From the NCBI GenBank assembly GCA_002104905.1, contig MCFE01000164.1:1-64000 (forward strand): 64,000 nucleotides of DNA, written 5' to 3'. The DNA comes from Basidiobolus meristosporus CBS 931.73 (taxonomy: Eukaryota; Fungi; Basidiobolomycota). The position numbers and the translations under genes are program-made. Positions within the stretch are counted from its first letter, which is position 1. Every line of letters begins with the position of its first letter. Shown piece after piece: positions 1-13,098 of this stretch. The notes under the pieces are model-generated. The model was not told where the DNA came from and searched no databases. It was given only the letters and a program-made list of their open reading frames with translations.

Positions 1-3000
1 GGCCTATTATTAAACTGATGAATATTTCTGTTATTTGAGAGATTATTTCATCCACTTACCCATTGGTAGCTCCGCCGGTGACCCTTTATTAGCTCCAAGA
101 TTAGGAGGCGTCAAAATGTCAAGTGATCAATGGTTTGGGCAGCTGTTCATATCATTGGTTAGAGTGAGGTAACCAAGGTTACCAGAACCGAAGAAAATCC
201 AAAAGCAACCAAAAAAGGAAATAAGGTATATGGACTTGGCCTCTTTGGATGTTGTACAGAGCGAATTGGACAAATCAAAAGAGTAGGTACTAGTAGACTC
301 GGGTAGATTGGTATATACCAATGGTCACCACATGGAGAAATTCTCTTCATTCGTCCAATACCGGTTCCATCTGAAAATGAAAAGTGCAACTTGATGTTAC
401 ATTTCTTTCGGGCTACAAGCAATTTGATTATCAATCGAGTTACGATAGATAAGGCTCAAAACAAGGTGACGGCTATCATAACCTGTATTCCATTATGGAA
501 AGCAACTTGGATACAGCTTTTAGAGGCGCTTTCGCCACCATTGCCTGCAGGATTCGAGTGTTGTCGTCTTCCTTCGTTATTTTTGACCAGAAGCCGCCTG
601 GAATCCTTCCTACCAAAAGATATTTTTGATGAATCCGGAACCGTGTTACCTTCCAAGAATGCTTTCATGGTTCTACATTTGCGACCAAACCCACTACTAC
701 GTGGGTGCCGATTTAATTGGATTTCCTGGAGCAGCCGGTGATTATGGCCAGATGCCTGACATCAGTATTGCTGGTTTTTACGACAAACCGGCTAGCCCTA
801 GAAACTCATTAAGCCTTTCTCAAGACGCGTGGATTAGATTTGGAGATAGCTGAAGCCCGTAGCAGCCTCAAAATAGTAGGACTTGATAGCCAAGGATCGG
901 GTGAGGGCTGTGCTTGCCAAATTCCAGTCGGTTTCGCTATGTAGCTGCAACGCCTCCATTCATTTAAGAAACTTAAGGATCCCTAATTCCTCCGTCACAT
1001 TTTCGCAGGTGGCCTAAAGTGAGAGCCGATCTAAACCATGCTGGAGCGTTAATGGATTGTATAGGAGTTAAATATATATATATAATTGAGGAAACCCCTC
1101 CTTTCCCACAGTTCCATGGCGATTATGCTACCGACCAGTACACAGCATTAGCATAGATACCGGCCTGTGCGACCAACCCAATGTCAATCTGTCATGGTAA
1201 ATATGGCATGGAGCATTTGGCAGTACATATTAAGTGTTCCAGCATTGGTGATACTCTGGAGGTACCACCGACTGCTCGAATAGTGTGGATTTATTGGTGC
1301 AATGGATGAAGCAATGTGCACATGTATATTCTAGTATAGCGAAGAATGAACCCATTCACTGTTCACTGATTACTCATCTTCCCCAGCTTTTGTTACTAAA
1401 CGAAGTATCCTTCTCACCTCACTTTACCTCACACCTATGACCTGTTCTGTCCTACATTGCTTCGGGATCACAAAAAATAGTCAAAAAATTCGCGCAGGAG
1501 ATAAATGAGGTAAGGTCATCAACGACCAAGGTGAATCTTATCCACCCAGCATCAGCCAAAATTGCAATCATGCATCGGACTTGAAGAACCCGCTCGTTAA
1601 AGCCGGTTTTTGGTATAAGCATGGTGACATACTAGCAAATATAGTAGAAAAGATGATTCCCAAGATTTCTACTGATATACAGTTGTATTACCCGGTGATT
1701 TGTGATCTCGACAAGGAAGTGGATGTTTTCAAGATCTCGAATGCAGACATCAAGCGGGTCAGCTCTGGACTGGGGCCGCTCAATCGGGCCATCATGATAA
1801 GCGAACGTCGAGAGATGGGAGTAGCTGCGACTCCTCCCGGTTAAGCCACTACCACTAGGCATCGGTGAGGTAGCAGCAAGGGCGAAGGAGAGATGGCCAG
1901 CATTCAACAACACCAATTCCACATCTGGCGTGAATCTCACCCTCCCCCTGACTTCATCGACAGCAGCCTCAAGCATGACTGCACAAACGACCAATGATGG
2001 GCTAGAGCCGGGAGGAATGATTTCTAGTTAGCCAATGTAAAGAGGCATACGCCACGAATGATGTGGAGAGCATCCAGGGTATCCACCAATGCTGGCCAGG
2101 ATGCGTATTCACACAAGCAAATTGGCCGAGGTTAATAACCGTGGAGTTGGGAATTTTTAACTGTATCATTACATCATGGGATGATTCCATTAAAGCTTCG
2201 ATTGCACTGGAACAGTAACCATTAAGAGCTCTTAAATTACCAGATTTACATCTGGTGACCTCCTCGCTAACTTAAATCGGGTTAAGGAAATCATTTGAGC
2301 ATGAGGGCGGAGATAAGAAGGTTGATACAAATCTGGGGGCTGGCGCTGATGCAGGTGGGGAATAGAATAGAGTAATGATCAGTGAGTGTCTCCAAGGTGA
2401 CTTGACCCATACTCACAGGGCTGACCAGTTTGTGCCCACTCCGCCGCCAAAAGTGGATAGCCCTGATGGAATTCAAGCTTGAAGCTTGTCCAGGAATTTC
2501 CATGGAGAATTGGCCGGGGTCTCTGGCTCGAGTATTGGGCGGGCCATCCGTAGAAGCAAGAGGAATTTCCCAAGAATAGTCCATATTGCTCCTCAGTGTG
2601 ATACAGAGATGATTCATCTTTCCTGCCTTTCAGCCAACTAATGCTACGGCTCGTCTTCCAGATTCCGGTTCTGAAATCTAGATGGGGAAGCGCAGCTTCT
2701 CCAGGTTATGTCGACTAATTCGTCAGCCAATCGACTCGGGCCGGTGCCAATGAATTCCATCCACTCTGTCAAGGATGATTCCAACTGCTGGGCTCTGTGT
2801 CTGATGTTGTTTAATCAAGTCTCTGTGGATGATTGATATCAAGCGAAGCGACTATTGCATGTTTGGGTGCCATTGAAGGCTGAAGAACAGCAGCAGGGGA
2901 CTTCTCAACTGTATTATTGTACATTATAAGATACTATAGGAAAATAGGTGGAAAACGTATCAAATGGCTAGGCCAAAACTTTGGCAGTAGAAGTATCAGC

Positions 3001-3152
3001 AAAATAATGGGAGGGCGGGCGAGGAGAAGCGTAGTTATTTACATTAGGCGTTGAGAATCGTTCCGAACTTGAATGCTCCGTGTGTTGGCTCAGTTGTCTA
3101 GCAAATTCGCAACATTTCATTTGTACATGCTGAAGGAAGGGTGTTCGTGCTT

Positions 3153-4838
3153 TCAGGAGAAGTTTTCACCCGATGTATAAATGGTGTAGTTGATATCGCC
3201 CAAATACGGAATTGGCGTATGCAGATTTGCTGAAGACAACGTCCCGTCTAGTGGAATCCCCGAGTGGTTGGAATTCATATGGAATGGAGCCGAGAGGTTC
3301 CCTTGGCTGGAGGGTGGCTGAGACTTCCCCATGTAGCTGTCTAGCTGATCAGAGCCCTTGACTGATAGGTTCCAATTGGTGCAGTCGGCGCTCTGGCTTC
3401 TCATGATGCTGGGATCAATCGAATTATATTGAGCTGCTGGAGTCTGTTGAGTGCTTCCTGCTCCCAAATGCATCAATTGATCCTGATGCCCCAGAAGGAG
3501 AGTTTCGTTCGGTTGGGCCACATGATGGTGGCTTTTACTGATGCGAGGCTCGGAGAGGCGACGCGTTTTATGAGGGTGGTCCCCATATGACATAGAATGT
3601 GCTACGTGCTGGGAATAGCTAGGCTTGGCAAATGGGATATCAAGAGGATCACTTAGCATAAAGCAGGATATTTCTCCCGCTTGCTGTCCCTGGAAGTAAG
3701 ATTGCTCCTGGCTTGGGTGGGTGAGGTGCTCGTAAAATTGATCATCCTCAGCAATCGTTGCCAGGTGCTGTCTTTCGGGGACAAAACCCATGCTAACAAA
3801 CGAAGCGATAAACTCGGGAGGGCACGAGTTTCTTCTGATATTCCCTGTGTAGCTGCCGGGATTACCATCCAGCATGCAGCTTTGAGAGTTGAGGTCATCG
3901 GCAATTGACTCGCTAGACGGGCTATATGAATTCACGTAATCCTGCAGGTGATCAGGGAGGGATACGGCAGACATGGGTGCAGACATAGTGTTCGACATGT
4001 AGCTTGACATCGAGCTCAGAAGGTCTGGGGGAAAATTGTTCTCAGTGACTGGCATCGAAGTATAAGCTTCCCACCCAGATTTCGGGCCAGGGAGAGAATT
4101 TGCTCGGCCCCTGAACTCAACATATTTCTCATCCAGGTTGTCCGTGGCAAACGGATAGGAATTATGATGGTGATGGAGTTGAGACTCCAAAGAACGCTTG
4201 CGTTGCTGGGGTAGAGCCTCGAGAGTATCGCGTTGCGACTGATATTGTCTCATCATCCGCTGGTATTGCTCCGGGGTGGTGGCAATTTTGATGGTTTGAG
4301 GATTAGGCCGCTGCTTTTTCGAAGCAGCTTCTTCCGAGCTTTTACACTTCCGACTCTCGTGGTACAAATCATCGTTGTTGGCGGCACTGGGTAAACGAGG
4401 AATCTCGTTAGATGCTGGAGCTAATGACTCGGTGGTCTCGCATGTTGGTGTTTTGTCCTCGGAATCCGAACCCGAATTATCCTCCCCAAATGTATCGTTC
4501 TCAGCATCCGCCGAAACATTACCATCCGATTTTTCTTGATTCTTCTGATTCTTTGCTTTGGCCCGTCGGTTTTGGAACCATACCTGTACTCCGCGAGGAG
4601 TCATGGATAATTCCTGGGCAAGTGTACGCCTGACTGCATTGTTAGGCTTCGGGTTCTCTTGGAAGGCCCTCTCCAGCACTCTGAACTGGCTCTTTGTGGT
4701 TCTCTTCCGATGCTTAACTTCGAAAGGATTATAAAAAGATGTTCTAAAATCCCCATTTGGCGACTGGTGAAAAGTCTCGAAAATTGGTAGGGTGGGGATA
4801 AAGGCCTGGTTTGATGAGGAGGGAAGACCGAATTCCAT
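3153..4838 (-). CDS. Homeodomain transcription factor, 561 aa, intronless, with an N-terminal homeodomain and a long low-complexity C-terminus
   Basis: The ORF contains HRKRTTKSQFRVLERAFQENPKPNNAVRRTLAQELSMTPRGVQVWFQNRRAKAK, with the invariant helix-3 WFQNRR (about 4539-4715). The ORF is long, uninterrupted and CpG-rich. Confidence 0.92.
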   Translation of the reverse strand: MEFGLPSSSNQAFIPTLPIFETFHQSPNGDFRTSFYNPFEVKHRKRTTKSQFRVLERAFQENPKPNNAVRRTLAQELSMTPRGVQVWFQNRRAKAKNQKNQEKSDGNVSADAENDTFGEDNSGSDSEDKTPTCETTESLAPASNEIPRLPSAANNDDLYHESRKCKSSEEAASKKQRPNPQTIKIATTPEQYQRMMRQYQSQRDTLEALPQQRKRSLESQLHHHHNSYPFATDNLDEKYVEFRGRANSLPGPKSGWEAYTSMPVTENNFPPDLLSSMSSYMSNTMSAPMSAVSLPDHLQDYVNSYSPSSESIADDLNSQSCMLDGNPGSYTGNIRRNSCPPEFIASFVSMGFVPERQHLATIAEDDQFYEHLTHPSQEQSYFQGQQAGEISCFMLSDPLDIPFAKPSYSQHVAHSMSYGDHPHKTRRLSEPRISKSHHHVAQPNETLLLGHQDQLMHLGAGSTQQTPAAQYNSIDPSIMRSQSADCTNWNLSVKGSDQLDSYMGKSQPPSSQGNLSAPFHMNSNHSGIPLDGTLSSANLHTPIPYLGDINYTIYTSGENFS

Positions 4839-7800
4839 ATGTGAAGCAAGATATGTGGACTAGATGTCTAGTGGGGATGAGGCCGTAAGCGAAAAGTCAA
4901 CTATCTATGCTTGAAAGCGCTTTGTTTGTATGTAAATGAGTGGCAAATTATCTGACGACTGTAGCATACCGAGCAAGCTATTTAAAAGCAAATCCTGAAG
5001 AATGAGGGGTCGCGAGCTGCTGCAGGAGGGAGGCAACACTTAACACCAAAGTCTGCAGATGATTGGTCAAATGGATGTGGGGGAGTCCAAGGTGGTATTC
5101 AAGCACGCTACCAGAATTAGTAATTTAGTGGATCAGAGCTCTAATATATTATTACATAGTCAGAGACTGTTTCCGAAAACTGCACTGTGATCGCTAATTT
5201 TCTTAGTCGAGTATCGCACAAGGACCCAAATGAATCTTTCCTGATTTTGTGCGAATTGTCGATTTCCGGTTTGTCCTAGAGTCGGGAATTAACAAGTGCC
5301 TATGTACAAGTTACCACTGGGCTACCCATTGGGTAGAAATGGGTTTTAATCTAGACAGATTAGGCCAATGAAAAGGTCCCGGATTTCTCGATATTTTGAT
5401 CGTCGGATGTCCATGATTAATGCCCCATCCCACACCCAACCTGATTCGCGTTCTACTATCCACATACCACTTGTGGGTTGGCTCTACAGCCCATAGTAGG
5501 TCATGTAAGGTAACAATAATAGGTGCAGGTGCTCACACAAAATCACATTTCCTGTGGAATTCAATGAGACGTCCATCGGAAAATTACTGGTCAGCATGTT
5601 TGTGGTGATACTTGCGCTGGATTCTACCGACATGTGTACAAAGCAGCATACTCAGGGGCTTTCACCACTACCACTTTGAACCTTTTGGTAGGGGTTGGCA
5701 TACCAATCTGGTAGTGGATAGTTCCTGTAAACGTTGTAGCATCCGTAGTAGATATGTCGGGTCGCTACGGATCCGGTTTGCCTTCGCCTGGACGCAAGAG
5801 GATATCCCCAATACGTGCACTCTTAACCATGGATTATTATTTGAGTGGGATAAAGTGATCTAACAGTTACTTGTGCGTGTGTGTTGTTACAGGTTCCCTA
5901 TCCCCTTTCCACTACCCTAGCCTCTAATCCCAACCATCGTTCATACTGCGAGGAATACACCCTCAGCCATTTGTCCATGGCATGACTAGAGTAATCTTGT
6001 TACGCTTAGTGAACCGTACGGATCTTTATTTAAACCAAGGTGGCACAAAATTTATAATCTTCCAAACCTGAAAAGGATTTAGTATGCTTTAAGGCTAATT
6101 CCAAGATTCTCCTTGCTATAATGGATATCTCAGCTGCCTCGATCCACTTTAGTGTAACAAGTGACGCTATCCCTCACAATCACCAAGAGTCATTCTTCAA
6201 GGATGACGCCGAAAGCAACACTTGGATGAGAAGAAAATGAAGGCCACCCTCATGTGAACTATGAATCGATTGATGTTTTCTTTTTGAGCCAATTTGTCCG
6301 AGAGTAGCGTATTACAGGAGGTGACCCAAACGTAACCACTTAATTACTTGGGGTTACATCGCTAGTTCCCGTAACTATTTCCTGAACTTGAAATCTAATC
6401 GAGATTCAATCGGGATTTCTTGCACGAGATGAATACGAAATAAGGTTCCCCACCCAATGGGAACCTAAGGAATAGTAATGGTACCTGCCATATTTATCCA
6501 GTCACGAGCAAGTACTGCACATCATTAACGTTGGACAGAACCTTGATACGTTTCGGATAATAGGGGTTGTTGAACTGGTAGGGAAATATTGGTCTACAAT
6601 GACGACTCTAAGCGATGCCGCTAGGTCCAGGGACAAATGAACGAGGGCTATTCTATTCATAACCTCATCTATCTTTTTCGACTAAGGAGGATTGCCTCCT
6701 TAGATCCTGGACGAGATCGTTTTCTATTCGACATCTGTGGAAGAGCACCTTGCCTCCCTAGCTAAGACATGGGGCTCTAGTTAGCCAGAGTAGTTCGGTT
6801 CTTGGCCATAAATAGAGTGTGACTTACCATTACTGGAAGACCAGGTCAACAAGAGCCACTCCTCGTAACTGCAGCAGAGACTGCAGACGAAGGAACGCGT
6901 GGCTGCTCTCGAGGCTACCAAGCTAAAACATGGGTGTCAGACCTGATTTGGAGGGTCGATTTATATGAATGGTTAGCCTGCCCTCCTGAAACAGGCAACA
7001 AACATGCACACTAATATTCGAAGACTAAGTTGTCTTGGCCTTCTATGCACCAAGCGGTGGTTTCAGTTGTGTGCTCTGCCTAAAAGCAGACGAGACGAAA
7101 GGGTGTTCTGGGTTTACATGAAAAATGTCCCGATGGCGTTAATGTAACCTGCAGGCGATTACATCAGAAGAGTGCGCCGCGCTCTCCAGATTGAACACTG
7201 ACTCTGATGTGATTGGTTATCCTTCGACATCATTAAAACCAACCCTAAATTTATCACACAATGCCCTGGCTTCTTGGGATTCCAGTTGAGTGGATAGCTT
7301 AGCGCTACGCTGATTTTGACTTGAATGATGTAGTGTGGTCTGACAACCGCATTGGACCATGGCCGCAGCTACCTCCATGAAGTGCCCATCCGAATCATAT
7401 GACGGCGGGTCCATTCCTTTCTTGACACCATATTATCGATGATATGAAAGGCGGTCTCAAGACCTTGGCGCCTGGGTTTTACTTTGCATAGGCCCAGCCT
7501 TTGCCTCCGCCCTTCCCTTGTGGATACTCATTTGTTTCTGTCTGCATGGTTCGACATTCCGGGGAATCTTCATGCCACGCACTCAGTGGATTGCCGAGAT
7601 ATTGGATTCAGGATTACTACCGTAGGGGTAAGGATCATGGTAGCTAATGTTCATAGTTATAGCCGCTCCTTTTGCTTTCTTGAACCTTAGCAGGTAAGCC
7701 ATGGGCCCCACATATTTCAATGTCTCGCTTTGTGGGCTACCGGTCTAAGACGCCGTATCTTGAATAGACAAAAGCCGAGTTACTAATCTCAACGCACAAT

Positions 7801-9549
7801 GCATCATCGGTCTCGTGCGGCTCAGTAAAATCGACGGATCCACTTTAGCCTCAATGGCATGGAGGCGCCGTGATATTTAATACCATTTATCAGTGCCCCT
7901 TTTAATGCATTTTAATATAACATCCGATGGTGTGGAAGGGACAATGGGTGGTAGTGCTCAAGGTGCTGGATTTAGGCTATGTAATTTCTGATGTCATGCA
8001 CCCGCTAGGCTCACTTGTAACAATGGGTAGTGCTGCAGTCCCTTTAGATCCTATCGGATAATCGATGCAGTTAATAACACGTCACAAGCACTCGTCCAAT
8101 TCGAGATCCAAGTGATTTGCCTAACCACCTTGAAATGCGCCAGCATGATGGCGTTGGGAATATCAATCCACACCGCCTTTGAGGGGGTAACTTCGATTCT
8201 CAACCGAGGTTGTCGCAATAGGGAGATTTGCTCGCCATGGAGCGACTGCTCGAGTCCACCCCACCAAATATTGGCCAAGCCAGTACTTCACTTACCCGTA
8301 TTCATGGCATATTGCAAGCCAGCTGCTGGGAGAGATCAAACCCTTCATGTTGTTCTCAACTTAGCTGAACATCCAGGGAAACCACGCGTCTGCTCAGAGG
8401 TTGCAGGCCATCGCCAGATTGGTCGAGATTAACCAACTTCGGGGAGATTCAGACTGGGTGCCATCGGTGCAGTCTCCTAGATGACATCGGTGCTAGGATA
8501 TCTTTCCTCAACTGCAGTGCCCCCCTCCAATCCCCTATTTTCAATACATATACCAACAAGCGACTGTAGTAAGTCACTGATTCAATCCAAATATCTCCGA
8601 TGGTTTCGCTTGAGACGGGTTTGGATTGTGATGTTGGTTGCAACTCCTCAGTGTGTACACGGTAGGCAGTCTTAGAGATTGATACGTGGTATGCGTATTG
8701 AACCAACCATGCGAGGAGAGGAATCCAACATCATGTTACCAGTTGTCTCATTTGTGAGGACGAAGATCCATGTATCAAGCCCACTCTCACCAAACCTGAC
8801 TAGCTTTCAATTTGGCTCATCTCGTGATATGTATCACCCTTGGCTTGGCGACCTGTCGCAAGTACCAGCAGTGGAATAGTGCCTTTCACTGCCCCCTGGT
8901 TTCTCCCAACTATGAATCTTTCTAGTCTGGGCGCTTATCATGCCAAAAAATTCCCCCACCATCTGGATGGATCCAGAGAGCCGTTGTCTGAGCTGCATCG
9001 TGGTTCCTGATGATTTCAATGATCCCCCAGTGCTGCAGTGGCGCTTGCCCAGGGAATCTCAAACCAATGGGGTCGCCCTGGTTTGGAAGTGGGCGGCCCC
9101 ATGGAGGACACCTTGTTTCAACTGTACTCGGTGTAGCCGTGCTTCTAACCATGGGCCTGGAAAATGGGTGTTGTTGCCTCCCATCCCGCGAAGCAGAAAC
9201 CGAGGGTGAACAGGGATTCCCATCATTTTTCCTCGACTCGAAACCCGCGGGCAGAGTTGCTCTAGTAATTCTCGGTCATTGGTGTGGGGAGATACTCTCC
9301 GCATTGCTGCCCCATATTGGGAATCACATGGTCCTTTCAGAAATGGGAACGATTTGCTTGTAATGCTACTCCCCAAATCGATGTATTACTCACCTCGGGC
9401 ATATTGGTTGGAATGCTGTAGATACAAATGTTGCAAGGATATGCGTCATGATTACGCCGGCCACTGGCCTGGATCCTCTCCATCTCGGACACTTAACCTT
9501 CCTCCTTGGTATATGATTGATCGTCAGGATTTCCTTTCTATGTTATTGT

Positions 9550-10330
9550 TCTAAACCCAATCATCAGCAGGATGGTTAGGTGTTGCAAAGGTTGCTGCTC
9601 TTCCCGTGATGCTACTGGTGTACATATTGTCGCTTGCTACATCTGTTCTCTCTGATCCTCTCAACCACCAAGCTGACTTCAGCTTTCCCCAGCCTTGATG
9701 TATCACCATGTCAATGAAATGTTATGTGCAATAACTGTACCCTTGAATTACTGAATATTACTTAGAAATGATCCTTGAGTAGTTTGATGGAGTCTCACAC
9801 AAGAGCATTTAAGTTCAGGGGAAAGTCAAGTAATGCCTTGAAAGCAATTTTGGCACTGTGATTTATGGGCTGCAACTTTGGAACTGAATTTTCCTGTGTT
9901 GTTGCTGGTGCTTACACACTTCTATCACAGAGTGCATTTCATTGGGTATTCTCCTGATATTTCACCAACAAACCACTGGTATTCTGATGGTGTTCTATTG
10001 ATATTTTCAGTTAAGTGTCAAGGTGTAAATATATATCTGCAGTTGTGAGCCAACTATGGTCATATTGGGTATGATGTTTTCTTCAGTGCAGCACTTCTTA
10101 GGATATATGCTGGCTTGTGCTCAAGAAAGTTGGAGCACCTACTAGTGAGAGTTGTAACTATTGGTAGAATCAATATCCTGCTTATATAATGCTGATTCCT
10201 GGGAGTGCTTTCTATATATTGGTATTGTTGATTGTTTACAGAAGTTAGTGACATATTTACATGCCAGTCTGATAGACTCATCTTCATAACTAGCTTGAGT
10301 AATGACTGAGAGCTTCTTTTGAAGTCAAGG
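9550..10330. other. Unclassified CpG-depleted stretch at the edge of the first TE island, probably a decayed transposon
   Basis: CpG is lost abruptly relative to upstream DNA. No recognisable motif in the short ORFs. Confidence 0.3.
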
Positions 10331-10521
10331 CCTTTCTCTTGATTGTAGTATCCTTATAAACATGGTCCTTTGGCAGTGGTAGTCATCTTCAACTTTGGCA
10401 GAGCAATAGTGAGGAAAGTTTTACTCTCATATATGAAATGATGTCCAATTTTATGTGCTTACTTATAGCACTAAAAGCTTAATTTCCACCTAGTTGTATG
10501 CATTCTTGATTATCTTGAAAC

Positions 10522-10869
10522 TGTTGTAAGAGTCTTGAAGATATTTGAAGTATTTGGGAGAACATATACACCATGTGGCTCTCACTTGATAATCCTAGAA
10601 TGCAAAAGTAGTATTTATACTTGTAGATGGTCCTGGCATGACAAGCATATAGAATGGGCTTAGAAAGATCCCAAGAGCATGTGTGCAAAGTTTGGGGCTG
10701 TCTGCAGAACTTTGAGAATATTCATGTTTTAGTGACCTAATATTTTGGTGAAAATACTGTAAGTAAATACCAACAAGAAATTTGGTCAGTATTCTCTAAG
10801 ATTTGTTGGTAATGATCCAAATGACCAAGTTAGGTGAATATTTAGGCAAAATTACAAACTCTTAAAACA
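10522..10869 (-). repeat. Copia-family solo LTR (~350 bp) inserted in the RNase H region of an older copy
   Basis: Starts TGTTGTAAGAGTC and ends CTTAAAACA. It is the reverse complement of the LTR at 36667-37015. No clean TSD. Confidence 0.8.
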
Positions 10870-12616
10870 GTATCAAAATATTTGGTGTTTTTTGACATCA
10901 GCCTAAACATTCAAAAAGCTTTCTTAACCACATTGCTTCTTTTGTAGTTTTGCAGGTTGCCATATACTCTGCCTCTGTGGTGGAAAGTGCTATGGTTGCT
11001 TGCTTTCTTGAATTTCATGAGATTGTTCCTTGGCAGTTAAGAAATATGTATGTTGTGCTGGGTCATCTATCTTCTAAATTTTGTCCACAATCAGCATCAG
11101 AGTATCCCACAAGATCCTGTTCTGAGTTCCAATAGGTGCACCTTAAGCAGATATCAACATTTCAGCTTAGGTATCTAAAAATCTGCTTAACTGCAGCATT
11201 GTCATCAGTCCCATAGTTATGATCAAGCTGGCTGAAAACACCACTGAATATGGGATATCTATACATGTTCCAAGCATGATATACATCAGACTGCCAATTA
11301 TAGATTGATAAGGGAATTCTGGGCTTTCAGAGGGCAACTAGTCTCTTGAGTTGTTTGAGTTTTGACCAAGTTAAGGTTTGTCTCTATTGAGGTGGCTGCC
11401 AGTTTAAAGTCTTCCATTTAGTGCATCTTTAGTATATCTTGAATATACTTGAATTGGCTTAAGGTGATAATCTGGGTACTTCTGTCTATGTAGAACTTTA
11501 TGCCTAAATAGTAACTGAGTTTTTCTGGGTTGAACACCCTGAACTTCTTATATAGGCTGAATTCTGTCTCTTACAATGTTTTTTAGTTGTGGGTAGCTAT
11601 AATAAGATCATTGACATATAGTGCTAATAGATCTGAATTTCATCAATCTGGCTTACTGTAGATATTATGGTCAGCAGTACTCCTTTGGAAATGCAGTGAT
11701 TCCATTAAGAATCTATCTTCTAGTTCCAGGTCTTTGGTGAGTGCGTAAGACCATATTAAGATTTTTAAGCTTACAGACCAAATGGCAACTGTCTTGATCA
11801 GTTAACCCAATAGGCTGGTCCATCTACACATCCTCATTAGGTTCTCCATTAAGAATTGCAGCGTTTGTATCTATTTGATGATTAACAAGCATATATTTGG
11901 CTGCAATAGCCAGGATTAATCTAATAGAATCAATCTTGGCTACCAGTGCAAAGATCTCAATATAGTCAAGTCCTTTTGCATGAGAGTATCCTTTGGCCAT
12001 ACATCTTGCTTTACATCCTTCAATTGTATCATCAGCCTTTTATTTTGTCTTAAAGGCCTATATGCATCCAATTGGCATTCAGTTGATTGGTAACTTGACT
12101 AGGTCCCAAGTTTGATTTTCTATCAGGACCTGATACTCCTCAGTCAATGCAGATCTCCAAGACATTGTCTGAAGGCTACTTAGGGCCTCTTCTTCAGTCT
12201 GGGGCTTATCATTACCAACTAAATAGGCATAGGCTAAGTTGGTACCCTCATTAATACAGTAATTAGGGCCAATTTTGGACTGGTAGGATCTCCTGGCTTG
12301 TAATACTGCCATTATCACTTCTGGGATATTCCTGGGCACTGATCCAGGCTAAACCACAGTTGTGGAGTCCTCTTGGGTGAAAATTGTTTCATTGCTTTTT
12401 TATAACTGCATTTTTTGAGATATACAAGTGCAGTAACTGATTCTGCCCAAAAATCATATGATAATCTTGATCATGCATCATAGATCTTGCCATGAGAATT
12501 ATTGCTCTGTTTGCACATTCTACTGCTTCTCTTTGCTGTGGGGAGTATGGTACAGTGGTCTCTTGCTTTATTCAATGATTCTTGCAGAAATGGGTGAAGA
12601 GTGCAAAGGTATATTC

Positions 12617-12962
12617 TGCTGTAAGAGTATTAGAGAAATTGGAACTGATTGAGAGAGCAAGTAGATTATGTGGTTTTCACTCAATAACTTTTGAATGTAA
12701 AGGTAGTAATTATACTTCTACATAATCCTGGCATAATGGGCATATAAGATAGGCTGAGAAAGGACCCAAGAACATTTGTGCAAAGTTTGAGGCTGTTTGG
12801 GCAACTTTGAGAATTTTCACATTTGGGGTACCTGATGTTTGGCATAAATATTCCAAATGAATCCCACAAGGGATTTGGTCAACTTTCTCTATGAATTGTA
12901 GGTGATGATATAAGTGGCAAAGCCAGGTGAATGTTCAGATGGAATTACAAACTTCTATAACA
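12617..12962 (-). repeat. Copia-family solo LTR with 5-bp TSD TATTC
   Basis: TG...CA ends. TATTC at 12612-12616 and 12963-12967. It interrupts copia integrase sequence. Confidence 0.9.
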
Positions 12963-13098
12963 TATTCTCCACCATTGTCTGGGCATATTTTCATGATTTT
13001 TGACCAGTTTCTCTCTCCACCATGGCTTTAAACTCCCTGAACTTTGACAAAGCATATTTTTTTCTTTCCATGAAGTAGAGCAATATGCTTCTTGTATA

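Larger units (their letters stand above)
10400..13098 (-). mobile_element. Heavily degenerate Ty1/copia internal fragment (RNase H, RT, integrase)
   Basis: Nucleotide similarity to the better-preserved copia copy at 16.6-19.7 kb. ORF remnant VGNDKPQTEEEALSSLQTMSWRSALTEEYQVLIENQTWDLVKLPIN. Many stops. Confidence 0.85.

Noticed and set aside
127-2900. Several short protein-like ORFs (e.g. 391-741, 1581-1844, 2379-2573 with EFHQGYP reminiscent of a chromodomain end)
   Set aside because: No family motif, stops in every frame and no consistent splice model. The resemblance is too weak to call.
5322-6468. Small palindromes upstream of the homeobox gene (CTACCCATTGGGTAG near 5321; AGGTTCCC...GGGAACCT near 6443-6466)
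   Set aside because: Stems of 7-8 bp are expected by chance in 64 kb, and there is no supporting context.
8449-8706. Minus ORF with a PPR-like stretch (VTYYSRLLVYVLKIGDWRGALQL)
   Set aside because: It is a single imperfect unit with no tandem repeats and no convincing gene model.
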